Source of the DNA: Octopus vulgaris
Lineage: Eukaryota
Length of the DNA: 64,000 nt
Direction of reading: 5' to 3'
Assembly (NCBI GenBank): GCA_951406725.2
Contig: OX597819.1
Coordinates: forward strand, 2,542,001 to 2,606,000
Translations under genes and position numbers: made by a program
Part shown: piece by piece, positions 53,801 to 64,000 of the stretch
How the letters are laid out: each line of letters starts with the position of its first letter
Position numbering within the stretch: the stretch's first letter is position 1
Notes under the pieces: generated by a model
Seen by the model: only the letters and a program-made list of their open reading frames with translations
What the model was told of the DNA's origin: nothing
Databases searched by the model: none

Positions 53801-55200
53801 TGTAGCCCACTCAGCTTTGGCTCAGTTACAACACATATCAATTTCTAGTGACCTAAGGTTGTCCAGGAGACAGGTTTGCTTCTATTTCGACCCTAGGCCA
53901 CTCACATTAATACATCTAACTTAAATTCCATAGAAATTCTTACTTACATTTTGATCTTGGGGAGCGGCTGAACGAATTCAGTCCCCCCCCCCACACACAC
54001 ACACACATGCTCCTTCTTCTTTGGTGGAGCCGCTGGACTCACGATGAAGCTCTTGCCGGCCACATCTGCGCTTATGTCCTTTGTGTCTTCTTTATATCTT
54101 TGTTGTTTGTGTTAGTTCATTGAATGAACTCACCTCCATTCTGACCATCCGAATGTGAGGTGGCAAGTCCTGGTTTGCTTTGTACACTTGCGCTTTATGG
54201 TGTGCACTTATAATTCGTGACAAAGCTTCATTGCTTTCTTTGAATGATACAATTTTGTATTGTACTTTCTGTGTCTGCGGTTGCTTTGTTATTGTATGGG
54301 GGGGGGGGAGTCTGGGACTGGGGCCTATTTTTCTTTTTGTGATTTCGCTAATGTAAATCCTGTTTCTTCTGTGTTTGGAGTTTCTTGCCTTGTTGGTTCG
54401 CTTTCCCTGGGCACTTCTGTTTGTTTTTTTCTTTCTTTGGTTGTTTTTCTTTTTCTGTTATGTCTTTGGATATTCGTTGAGGAGGGGCTTCGTTCTTTTT
54501 CTCTTGACATCCTGAGTGGAGGTGGCTTTTTTCGCCGCACTTAAAACAGCGTGGCCTACGTCTCTCAACGCTCACTCTCACGCTTAGCCCCTCACCTATG
54601 AACACCCTATCGGGAAGTCCTTCGAAGATTTCCGGGCCTCCTTTTCTGTATTTGCAGCATTGACATTTGTTGTACGGCTGCTGCAATCCACAATACGTCC
54701 AAATCAGCTGGAATTTCCTCCACTTCAATTTTCGCCGTTCTCCTGCCTAGATAAGTTGTCAGGAGAATTAATTCGTCATTTTTTCAGTGTTAGTGTCGAC
54801 AGCTCTTTTGCTGTACTTTCGTCGAAGAATTGTGCCTCCACTGTAGCACTTCTTATCTCGCGTCCAACATATTTTATTTTGTTCCAAATGGGTTGCATAC
54901 ACTTTTCAACTACTTCATTTCTGACCGACATTATTCGCATTTCTTTAAGACTGTACATCTTAAAGAACACAATCTTGGCAGCTATATTCTGCAGTATACC
55001 TTGCGGAGGAAGTAACTTGGTATCATTTCTTGTTTTCTTTATCATATTTCGATATTTAAACAATTCCGCCATAGACACGTTCAAGTTTACCATATTGCCG
55101 CCAACAGCTGCTGAAAAACTAGTTTTTTTTCCCCTTCTGAACCTGTTTTGCACTTTCTTTTCCGTTTTCTTTTACCTTTTCTATCACTGGGAAGTCCGAA
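50880..55200 (-). mobile_element. Near-full-length, frameshifted Tx1/L1-clade LINE
   Basis: ORF1 remnant (55153-54348) with CFKCGEKSHLHSGC zinc knuckle. ORF2 remnant (about 53931-50890) with endonuclease YAPN, LGDIN, SYLDR, TDHK, YWKMNNS; RT KSPGLDGLP, QGCLLSPLLY, AYADD; C-terminal CPRC motif. Confidence 0.9.
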
Positions 55201-55668
55201 ATTGACTCAAATTTTATATTAATACAAAAAAATTCCTCGCAAATTTTCAGAAAATTGTTTTCAAAATGACAAAAATGTTTTTCACAAAAATAATTATTAA
55301 ACACTATCATTTTTACCCTGTAAAGGGGTAAAAATTAAAGTTCGTAGTTCGCAGACAATAAAATAATTTTCTGCTCTGCTGGGCGAAAATAACTGTTAAT
55401 AAAACAACTGAGGTTCAAATTTCACAGGTTCAACAATTCAACGAAATAACAATATAACAAATACAATAGAAGTATAACATTAGAACAAAACGAACTCATT
55501 CAGGCAGCAACCGAATAATCCAACAAGAAGCAGCTAGAGATGAGAAGTGATTCCGAACGCAAAATTCTATATGCTTTTTCCAATGACAAACCGTCGTTGA
55601 TCTCGAAAAAGGAGAATCAAGCAATAATAAATCTCTGAGCGAGATGTAAACAGCAGCAGCAGGACATC

Positions 55669-55823
55669 GTGAAGTATATTTGCCGCTTAAATGTGGTTGA
55701 CCTATATGGGACGATGCTACTGTAGTTTATAGCCCCAGGAAGACATCTCCAGCTGGCTAACGACACACTGTCTGCGCCCGATCAGTATTTGCGAAGGAAA
55801 ATCACCGTTCCAATCTCTAGCCT
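55669..55823. repeat. ~155-bp direct repeat, copy 2
   Basis: Colinear with 50462-50619, with scattered substitutions. Confidence 0.9.
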
Positions 55824-57529
55824 ACATGCGTGTGTGTGCGCGTGCGTAAGAGAGAGAGAGGGGGAGGTGACTCTTGGTGCTGCTGATGACACGTAACCTG
55901 GTACTTGTCACGTGTTCAGGCCGTTGGCGAGTAGATCGTCAACCCACTAAGCTTTGTTTGGTGAGGTGGGTGGCTTTCGTTGGACATCCTGCTGGTTGAA
56001 AGTAAAACCTGTTAAAGAGTGGATGAACTCAACAAAGTTAACGGCCATCCTACACCAGGGTGTGAGAGACTTGTAGTATTTGTTTAGGTATCCCTCTAGA
56101 AGGAAAACTCTAATGTAACATCTGCGACTTCATTGACATCCAATGATGCTAACAAGTTTTTTTTTTCTTTTCAGACAAATGCACGAGTTGCTTAGAGAGT
56201 AGGATTGGCCTCGTTCAAGGTCTTCCCTCACTTTAAAAAGGCTCAGGCAGAGGCATTGCTTGGTTTTTAGAATCTCTACTATGTGTTGCATATAGTGGAT
56301 GGCCGTAGTTAAAAAAAAAAGGAAAAACATTCAATGAAAAGTTACACGACGATAAAAGGCATAGGTCAACGTGAACGGTAGCTCTGTGAACACCTGTCTG
56401 CGGCAAGAAGCAAGCATCGTTCCTACGTCTGTGAAAAAGAGAAAAAGCCACATCCGAGTTGTTTTAGGAGAGCAACCAAAGGTAGCATTGCTCAAATGGA
56501 GTTGCAGCTATCATATGTGTGTTTATGTATGTATGTTTGTATGTATGTCTGTATTTCTCTATGCTCCAAGATGTAGGTCACAGTTCTGCACCAAAGTAGC
56601 TGAACTTTTGCACCGGGCACATCTTTCTTCAGTGGGAAGGTCATTAGTTATGTAACTTTCTTTGATAACTTTGAAACACGTTTATTAATAATAGTGTATG
56701 CTTACAAGAGAAGAAAATGGTTTTGTAATGAAAAAGGAAAAACAGGAGAATGGCTGTGTATATATTCAAGTGGTAGTAGGAAGAAAATTACTACTAATCG
56801 TATTCTATGTTGGTATCCCTTGCCTATTTATGCATGTGACTATGTATATAAACTCAGGAAATTGATTTTGTATGCATATAAATATAGGAAATTGTTTTCG
56901 CTTGTGTATTTTCTATAAATGAAAATTGATTTTTGTGTTTTAAAAACTTAAAAGTGTCGGAAGTTCAAATGGCCTTTATATAAATGCAATAGATGTGAGA
57001 AAAGTTATTTTTTACGAATAATATAGACATTGAATTCATTTTATTCCATTTGTGCTTCTATATTATTCACATGAATAACATCCTTTCATAAAGAATTTTG
57101 ATTCCTTTAACACATGTATGTTTGTTGTCTGTACTGGGACTCATTGCATGCAGAATATATCATCTGCGCATGTTTGGCAGGTTTAAGTTACTTTTCATGA
57201 CCTTTGCTCCTAACTTCAAAGTTTTAATTTTTAAAGTAAGAGTTTTATTAACTATCATATTAATTATCGTCTAATTTAGAACCTATAGGCAATTCTTATG
57301 CATGCATACATACATGATACATACATATATACATGCATATTAATTAATGTCGCACGAAACAGCGTTGAATAAAACATGCTTGTGCCAAGTTATACTTAAC
57401 ATATTCGAGTGTATTTTGCTGTATAAATAGTCCCAGAAGGAAATTCTCCACCCAGCCATGTACGGAAACATAATTTGTGGATCAGGATACTGCGAGCGAA
57501 ATAACTAGAATGAATGGCGTCACTCTCAG

Positions 57530-57575
57530 CACACACACATGCGCGCGCACGCACACACACACACACACACGCACG

Positions 57576-57622
<47 letters not shown>

Positions 57623-57782
57623 ATACACTCACACGCGCGCGCAATCACGCACAAAATATGTTTTCACACATATCTAAAATTTTCTCAAGGATATAATAGG
57701 ACCTTTTCGCAGCGAAAGGTCTTATTATGTCCGAATGCGCTCACACGTGTGTTAAACATCACTTTATGCGAATATATAGATG

Positions 57783-57819
<37 letters not shown>

Positions 57820-57825
57820 GGGGGG
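57530..57825. repeat. CA/CG, AT and GA microsatellites
   Basis: Directly visible. Confidence 0.9.
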
Positions 57826-57999
57826 CAGGCAGACAAAGAAGAAGAGAGAAGTATATATGTATACATATTGTTTTGAAAGTTTGTGAAGAGTAGCTACGAG
57901 AGTTTGAAACAATCATTAGCAATGATGTAAATGGAGTGCGTCCCATGTGCCAGACCAAATTCTTGGATATAATGGGGGGAAAAAAAAGAAAAGAAGTTA

Positions 58000-60430
58000 A
58001 CCAAGAAAATTGCTTGGTGCCAGCAGCAAATTCCTAACCATATTGATCGTCGATGCTTTGTTTTGAGGTTAATCAGTCCACAAAGAAGAATGTAAAGCGG
58101 AAAAACTGAACTCTCTAACATTAGCTAAAAACGGTGACTGTTTAGAAAAATATACAAAACCGAACTCAAAAGGGAACACGTTTGCAACAAGTTTTTCCTG
58201 AAGGAAAGAAAATCACAAATACCAAAGTGTTGTAAAAATAACCAGAAAACAAAATGAGATTTGATCTGAACAATATGATAATAAAAGACCAATCTTATCA
58301 GTCCTCAAATCAGTAAAAGAATCAGTAAGAGAATTACCTCACAAAGTAGAAATAAACCAAGAAAAAAACTTACTTTCGATGTGACATTACAACTTTCTTC
58401 CTACAGTAGAAATAACTGGCGAGATCTCCCCGAAACTCGCCAACGAACCAAAAATCGAAAAGATATCCAACAATCCCGAACAACAAAACTACACCCTAAA
58501 TTATAACAATAGAAGGTACACACATAACTTAAATAAACCCAATTATAATAAAATCCTGTGCAGAGCAACAGAAACACTCGGCATACCAAACAATAAGAAT
58601 CATAAATTTATCAAAGAAAGTACACATGACAAATTATCCAAAGGACTTAGATTTACATAAGCCCCGAAAAGACTACGAAATTAAAGATAACATTTCAAAA
58701 CTATGCAGAAAGTTGCAAGTCGCAGAAGAGCTATGAGATAGGAATAACGGTGATGAATCAACAATAAAGAACAAAAGCAACTATACTTCGGCAAAATTTG
58801 GGAACAAAACCTTTGATGATCCTTGTGACTACATTTTAAATTATTCACATGAACACACATGCAAACAAAAAGTCAAATCAAACTTCAGCCTCACTGAATG
58901 GGACAATGTAACCAGGTGAAAAATATGATAACAAAGTAACAATCCTGTATCTTCAAGGATAAGAATACAACAAGAATATTGTGTAATCTATGCAAGAAAA
59001 CAATAAATACTACGAAAAGATTCAAAATCATAACTAACAGAAAATAATGAGAAACCTTATAGTATCAATGATGGAGTACTGAAGCGGCACACTGACAAAG
59101 TACAGATATAAGTTTCAATATATACCCAGCCTTTTATTTCTCTAAGTTCACAAACGCAAAAACAAGTGAAGTCTGTAGAGAAACTACTGACATTAACGAC
59201 AAATAATATATTTAATTAATATAATTATTTGGCGGCAAATAATTTGAAATTAAAATTAATAATAGCTTATCCAGTATGTGAAACTTTTTCGAGTGCTACT
59301 GGTAACATGTAACCCAGTACAACCTGTTGCATGGTCGGGTCGTCGGCGACTAAACCGGCAACCCCACCAAGCTTGAGTGACATTTTAGACGTCTTCTTTA
59401 GACAATTCCTCAAATAAGAGTTAGATTTGTTAAATCAACTTCCCGAAGCAGTTAATGGACAAACTCTGTATATTTCGATGTTGTGAATCTATATACATAC
59501 TCCCTCATGATTATTGCGCTGAAATCATTAAATTCTGGTTAGTTAACTATACAGCTGAACTACCGCAATGTATGGAAAAGGAATAAATCATTGAAAAGCT
59601 AAAATTAATACTGCAAAGCAACTATTATCGACAAACTGAAAGAATTTAAAATACTACTCAATGAAATAAACGAAAATATACAGTTCACAATGGAATCCAA
59701 CCAAAACAAACATCTTAAGGAAGGAAATCAACGACCGAATATAGTAAGAATTATATACCATAAAGCTACCGACTCTAAATGATATTTATTTTACAATTCG
59801 TACCATCTGAGACATAGCATAGTAGATTTCTCTTATAATTTAGTCAAAAGAATCTGCATAATAGTTTCCGATGAAAATATTCGCGACATTTATGACTTCA
59901 GTGCTCGACAGAAAATTTTCACTATCCTTAACAGATAATAGAATACAACGAATCAAGAAAATGAATATCCAACAAAGCAAAGAAAGTTTTGCCATGTATC
60001 TCTACCTACAATCCTAAAAACAATCAGAACAGCAATATATATTTCAAATCAGGCCAACAGTGGAAAAGGACGCAAGGATGGATCACATTTTACAAACACA
60101 TAACATTATAAAAATAAAGACAACTCAAATCAATGAAAATATTAACTAGTGCCATATTATACACAATAACAACAGAACCGGCTGTAAAAGAAAATAAAAA
60201 CAGCCCAGCTGTGGTATATATTTAAGTTTATCAGAAGAATCGGAGATCGTTTTTTTAAAGGGCGACGTTTTCAAAATTAAAAGCAAAAACTATATAAAAT
60301 AGGGATGTCCTTAAGGCTACGAATGACTCTACACAAACAACATATTTCAACACAATAGTACAGACAAAGAGGCCTCGGTGAATATATAAGCACATGTGTT
60401 AGTAAGAAACAACCAAATTTTACGATCTCC
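58000..60430 (+). mobile_element. Heavily decayed Penelope-like element
   Basis: FDVVNLYT (about 59474), ENIQFTMES, YHKATDS..YL..NSYH and LRLRMTLHKQH appear in Penelope RT then GIY-YIG order; strongly A-rich strand. Confidence 0.65.
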
Positions 60431-60619
60431 GAGTATCAATATATTGCTATCATTGGTTCAACTTGCTGCTTGGCTAATACAGTCACTAACACGACCATTA
60501 GTACGAATAACACTACGATCATTAACATTGCTGCTACTATTACTGCTAAACGATGCTTCTCCTAAATAATACTAAATTGTTTTTCCATGTTGATTTTGTT
60601 TTGATATGATTGTAGGCAC

Positions 60620-60636
60620 ATTATTATTATTATTAC

Positions 60637-60717
<81 letters not shown>

Positions 60718-60735
60718 CATCATTATTATTATTAT
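60620..60735. repeat. (ATT)n microsatellite
   Basis: Directly visible. Confidence 0.95.
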
Positions 60736-60739
60736 TTCT

Positions 60740-61440
60740 TTTTATCACAGGTTTTGTTGGAATTCCTGGTGCTTGCATGCGCAGCGGGCTTGCTGCCTGC
60801 AGCCTACGGTACAATGCTACCCGTTCTTTTCAACTATTATACTTTCCTGATTATTCTGGCCGTGCCACAGAGGCAAACCTTTTATAATACTTCTACTCGA
60901 CACTCCATTCCGCTTTCCTTTATATTTCTCTTGATACTATCCTCAAGAACCTATCTTCGCCTTCTTCATTTTCCATATTTCGTGGTTGTATTTATCTATT
61001 TTTTCGCTTTGCTTCTTGACTATTCGTGAGTCAAAGGAGCACGCAACATCAACTATATAGCACATGTGGTGCATCTTGTCGACTGCCACTAGGTCCGGTC
61101 TGTTATGCTCTAGCACCTGATCTGTTTGGATTAGGAAATCCCAGAGGATTTTGCTAGCCACCGACTCCACCATGTCTTGCCTCTCCCTAGCTCCCATGTT
61201 TCACACAATTTCCAATGTAGCACGTTCGCTACCTGGTCGTGTCCCCACAACTTGTAATGGTTTGGGGCAAGTCTAGAGCATTCGTTCGCGACATGGGCAA
61301 TGGTTTCGTCTACTCTGTTACAGATGCGGCACAGCGGAGACACTTGCTCATTTTTGGGGTTGACCCTCCAGTTCGTGGCCAAAGCTTGGTTCTCAGCATT
61401 TTTTTCAGTGTTCCTTTCCAATCTCACCTCTGCTTTCCAG
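60740..61440 (-). mobile_element. R4/Dong-clade non-LTR retrotransposon 3' fragment
   Basis: CRIC...ETIAHVANEC...HDQVA zinc motif and KILWDF.IQTD..LEHNRPDLV...IVDVA endonuclease motif. The 3' end abuts (TAA)n, the known Dong target. Confidence 0.85.
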
Positions 61441-61574
61441 CAACATCTGTTGTTGTAATTATTCTGAACAGCAATATATATTTCAAATCAGACCAACAGT
61501 GGAAAAGGACGCAAGGAGGAATCACATATTACAAACACATAACATTATAAAAATTAAAAGACAACTCATTATCA

Positions 61575-61639
<65 letters not shown>

Positions 61640-61640
<1 letters not shown>

Positions 61641-61827
61641 GGTGGCGAGCTGACAGAATCGTTAGCATGCCAGGAAAAATATTTAGCAGCTTTTCGTCCT
61701 AAGTTCAAATTCCGCCAAGGTTAATTTTGCCTTTCATCTTTTTGGAGTCGATAAAATAAGTACCAGTCGATGTATCCGACTTAGCCCCTCTCCCGAAATT
61801 GCTGGCTTTGTGCCAAAATTTGAAACC

Positions 61828-61868
<41 letters not shown>

Positions 61869-62080
61869 GGCGGCGATCGGCAGAATGGTTGCACTCTGGG
61901 CGAAATTCTTAGCGGTATTTTGCCCGTCGCTACGTTCTGAGTTCAAATTCTGCCGAGATCGACTTTGCCTTTCATCCTTTTAGAGTTGATAAATTAAGTA
62001 CCAGTGAAACACTGGGGTCAATGTAATTGACTAGTCCCCTCCCCAAAATTTCAGGCCTTGTGCCTATAGTAGAAAGGATT
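61640..62080 (+). mobile_element. Two tandem SINE family A copies separated by (AGT)n
   Basis: Heads at about 61640 and 61868, each with agttcaaattc..cc and gtcgataaa/gttgataaa. Confidence 0.8.
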
Positions 62081-62371
62081 ATTACTATTATTATTTGATG
62101 AAAACTCTCCGCTTATTTTGCTCTGTGTGATGGAAAGTTCACAGCCAGCAGACTAAAGTGACACTTGTTTACTGATCATGCTTCAAAAACTGCGGAGAAC
62201 TCTTGCAGTTCCAAGCAACAGTGAGTTTTGTAGGTATTCTATCTTTACATATTTCTACCAATCTTTTTGAACCATGCTGGTAGATGAGTGCTGATACTTC
62301 AAAGCGCGCCAATTGCTACTGATATCACGCCCACTCTCCTCATTTCCTACAACATGCGTACTTTGCACGGA

Positions 62372-62765
62372 TCTTTTCGGTTTGAACGGCAGTTTTTAAC
62401 ATAATTTCTAGGCAACTAAAAAATTTTAAACTTCGTATACTGGTAGAATGTGTTTATAAAACATCTTTTTCTCTTGGCTTTATTGAGAAAATTCTATAGT
62501 TTGTATGATATTTGTTTTTTTTTTCTTCAATTTCTGCAATTTCAACCAATCAATGACGTGTATTGAGGTTATAAACATTCTGTGCCGTATGAATATGTCC
62601 CTCGTTTAAGAACCAGATTGGGTTTATTTACATTTGTGAAGAAAAAAAGATACCCTTTCCCCCACCCCTAACTCTAACCCTAAAATAGATTGAAATGCAA
62701 TAGATCGATACTAGGGTCATAATTATGGGTGACAATTTCATATGACACCGCTAGAAAAAACTGCT
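62372..62765. mobile_element. Probable non-autonomous DNA element (MITE-like)
   Basis: Short inverted ends gcagttttt / aaaaactgc; no coding signal. Confidence 0.4.
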
Positions 62766-62769
62766 GAAG

Positions 62770-63054
62770 ATACGCAAAAGCAGAAATTTAATCTACTGCA
62801 CCAAATGCCTGAATTGTGAAGAACTGTATATTAGCTAGACAGGCAATGCACTATCAGAACGCACACGTGTGCACCGACAACAAATTAAAAATCCAGAAGT
62901 CTGCCAAATACCGTTGAGTAACCACCTAGCAACATGCGGTCGGAAAATATTTATATTTCCATTTCATAAACTATACAATCCGAATGAAATCGAGAGAAAA
63001 CTGAGAGAGAAGGACTTTATTAATAAATTCAAATCCAAGCTTAATAAACAATGA
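62770..63054 (+). mobile_element. Penelope-like GIY-YIG endonuclease fragment
   Basis: NLIYCTKCLNCEELYIS*TGNALSERTRVHRQQI...LSNHL...REKDFINKFKSKLN. Confidence 0.8.
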
Positions 63055-63416
63055 TAAAAAATTATCTTATTTAAGGTTTAAAAGTCTTATCCTCATATCT
63101 AAAAAATAAAAATCTCTAAAAGGTACTGCTGTCATCATTTCTAAAAATAAACACTGAAAAACGGTATGGCATCATTTCTAAAAATAGGCGAGCAACTACT
63201 ACTTCTATCCACAGGAATGTATATAAAGGATAAAATTTAACCAGTCAACCACAGCTGTAACCAATGGCCACAACTGTCATCACAACCATATGAACCTGAA
63301 GACTGCATAAATGGAAGAAAGTTCAATATGAATGGACATTTAATATTTCATTTGTTCAATAAGAATAGACAATTAATACTCCATTTCATTTCTTTTTACT
63401 ATATTATTTTATATCC

Positions 63417-63921
63417 TACTAGCAGTATCGCCCGGCGTTGCTCGGGTTTGTAAGGGAAATAACTATATAAGCATTTTTAGTGAGTTATAGCAAAAAATTA
63501 GCAAAAAAATGCATTAAAAATGGAATAAAAAATGATGGTGATTTTTTTTTTTAAATCGTTGACTCATCGTAGACATTTTTAGAGAGTTACTTCCCTTATA
63601 TAATAGCGAAAAATGCATTAAAATGGAATAAAAAATTATGGTAATTTTTTTTTTAAATCGTTGACTCATCGTAGACATTTTTAGAGAGTTACTTCCCTTA
63701 TATAATAGCGAAAAATGCATTAAAATGGAATAAAAAATGATGGTAATTTTTTTTTAAATCGTAGACTCATCGTAGACGCGCGCTAATACCCAGAAGGGCT
63801 CGATATGAATCACGACTATAAGATACCCGGTTTTGGTTACACTGCACCGCAAAATGTGGGAGTAGTTAGGAATCTAAATCGTAGGAGACAGACACACAAC
63901 CTTACTTTTATATATAAAGAT
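63417..63921 (+). mobile_element. Non-autonomous Helentron/HINE-like element with internal ~103-bp tandem repeat
   Basis: Starts tactag with a GC hairpin (cccggc gtt gctcggg) and ends ttttatatataaagat. Repeat units start near 63511, 63615 and 63717. Confidence 0.65.
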
Positions 63922-64000
63922 TTGTGCAACAACTAAAACATTCGGTTGTGCAAATTGTTTGCACAGGAAACCTGCCCTGTGTGGCGGTAATTGCCGTTTT

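Noticed and set aside
55877-55955. Short motif similar to 59292-59372, considered as an HDV-like ribozyme of a retroelement 5' end
   Set aside because: I could not build the nested double pseudoknot by eye; only a simple hairpin is evident.
62658-62685. ccctaactctaacccta as an interstitial telomere
   Set aside because: Only two to three imperfect units, inside a MITE-like repeat.

Overview
AT-rich, repeat-dense animal genomic DNA. The tRNA-derived SINE families and the microsatellite load point to an octopus (coleoid cephalopod); this is inferred, not proven. The one host gene I can support is a complete minus-strand Shaw/Kv3-type voltage-gated K+ channel with four coding exons: 43058-42498, 5835-4914, 3237-3076 and 165-77. 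All junctions are GT-AG and phase-compatible, giving 1734 nt / 577 aa, with a 36.7-kb first intron. The rest is mostly decayed mobile DNA: Tx1/L1-like, RTE, CR1/Jockey-like, HERO and R4/Dong LINE fragments, Penelope-like elements, SINEs, MITEs and a Helentron-like element. Four observations stand out. (1) A degenerate ~31-bp tandem repeat in intron 1 lies in blocks of opposite orientation (forward 10.0-16.7 kb, reverse 20.8-25.1 kb), a foldback-like structure that could form long dsRNA in the channel pre-mRNA. (2) Several channel codons are one A-to-G change from the family consensus, e.g. pore TITT encoded with ATA versus TMTT. (3) A Tx1-like LINE is bracketed by ~155-bp direct repeats. (4) A SINE heterodimer sits inside a single target-site duplication. 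Repeat coordinates were read by eye and are approximate.
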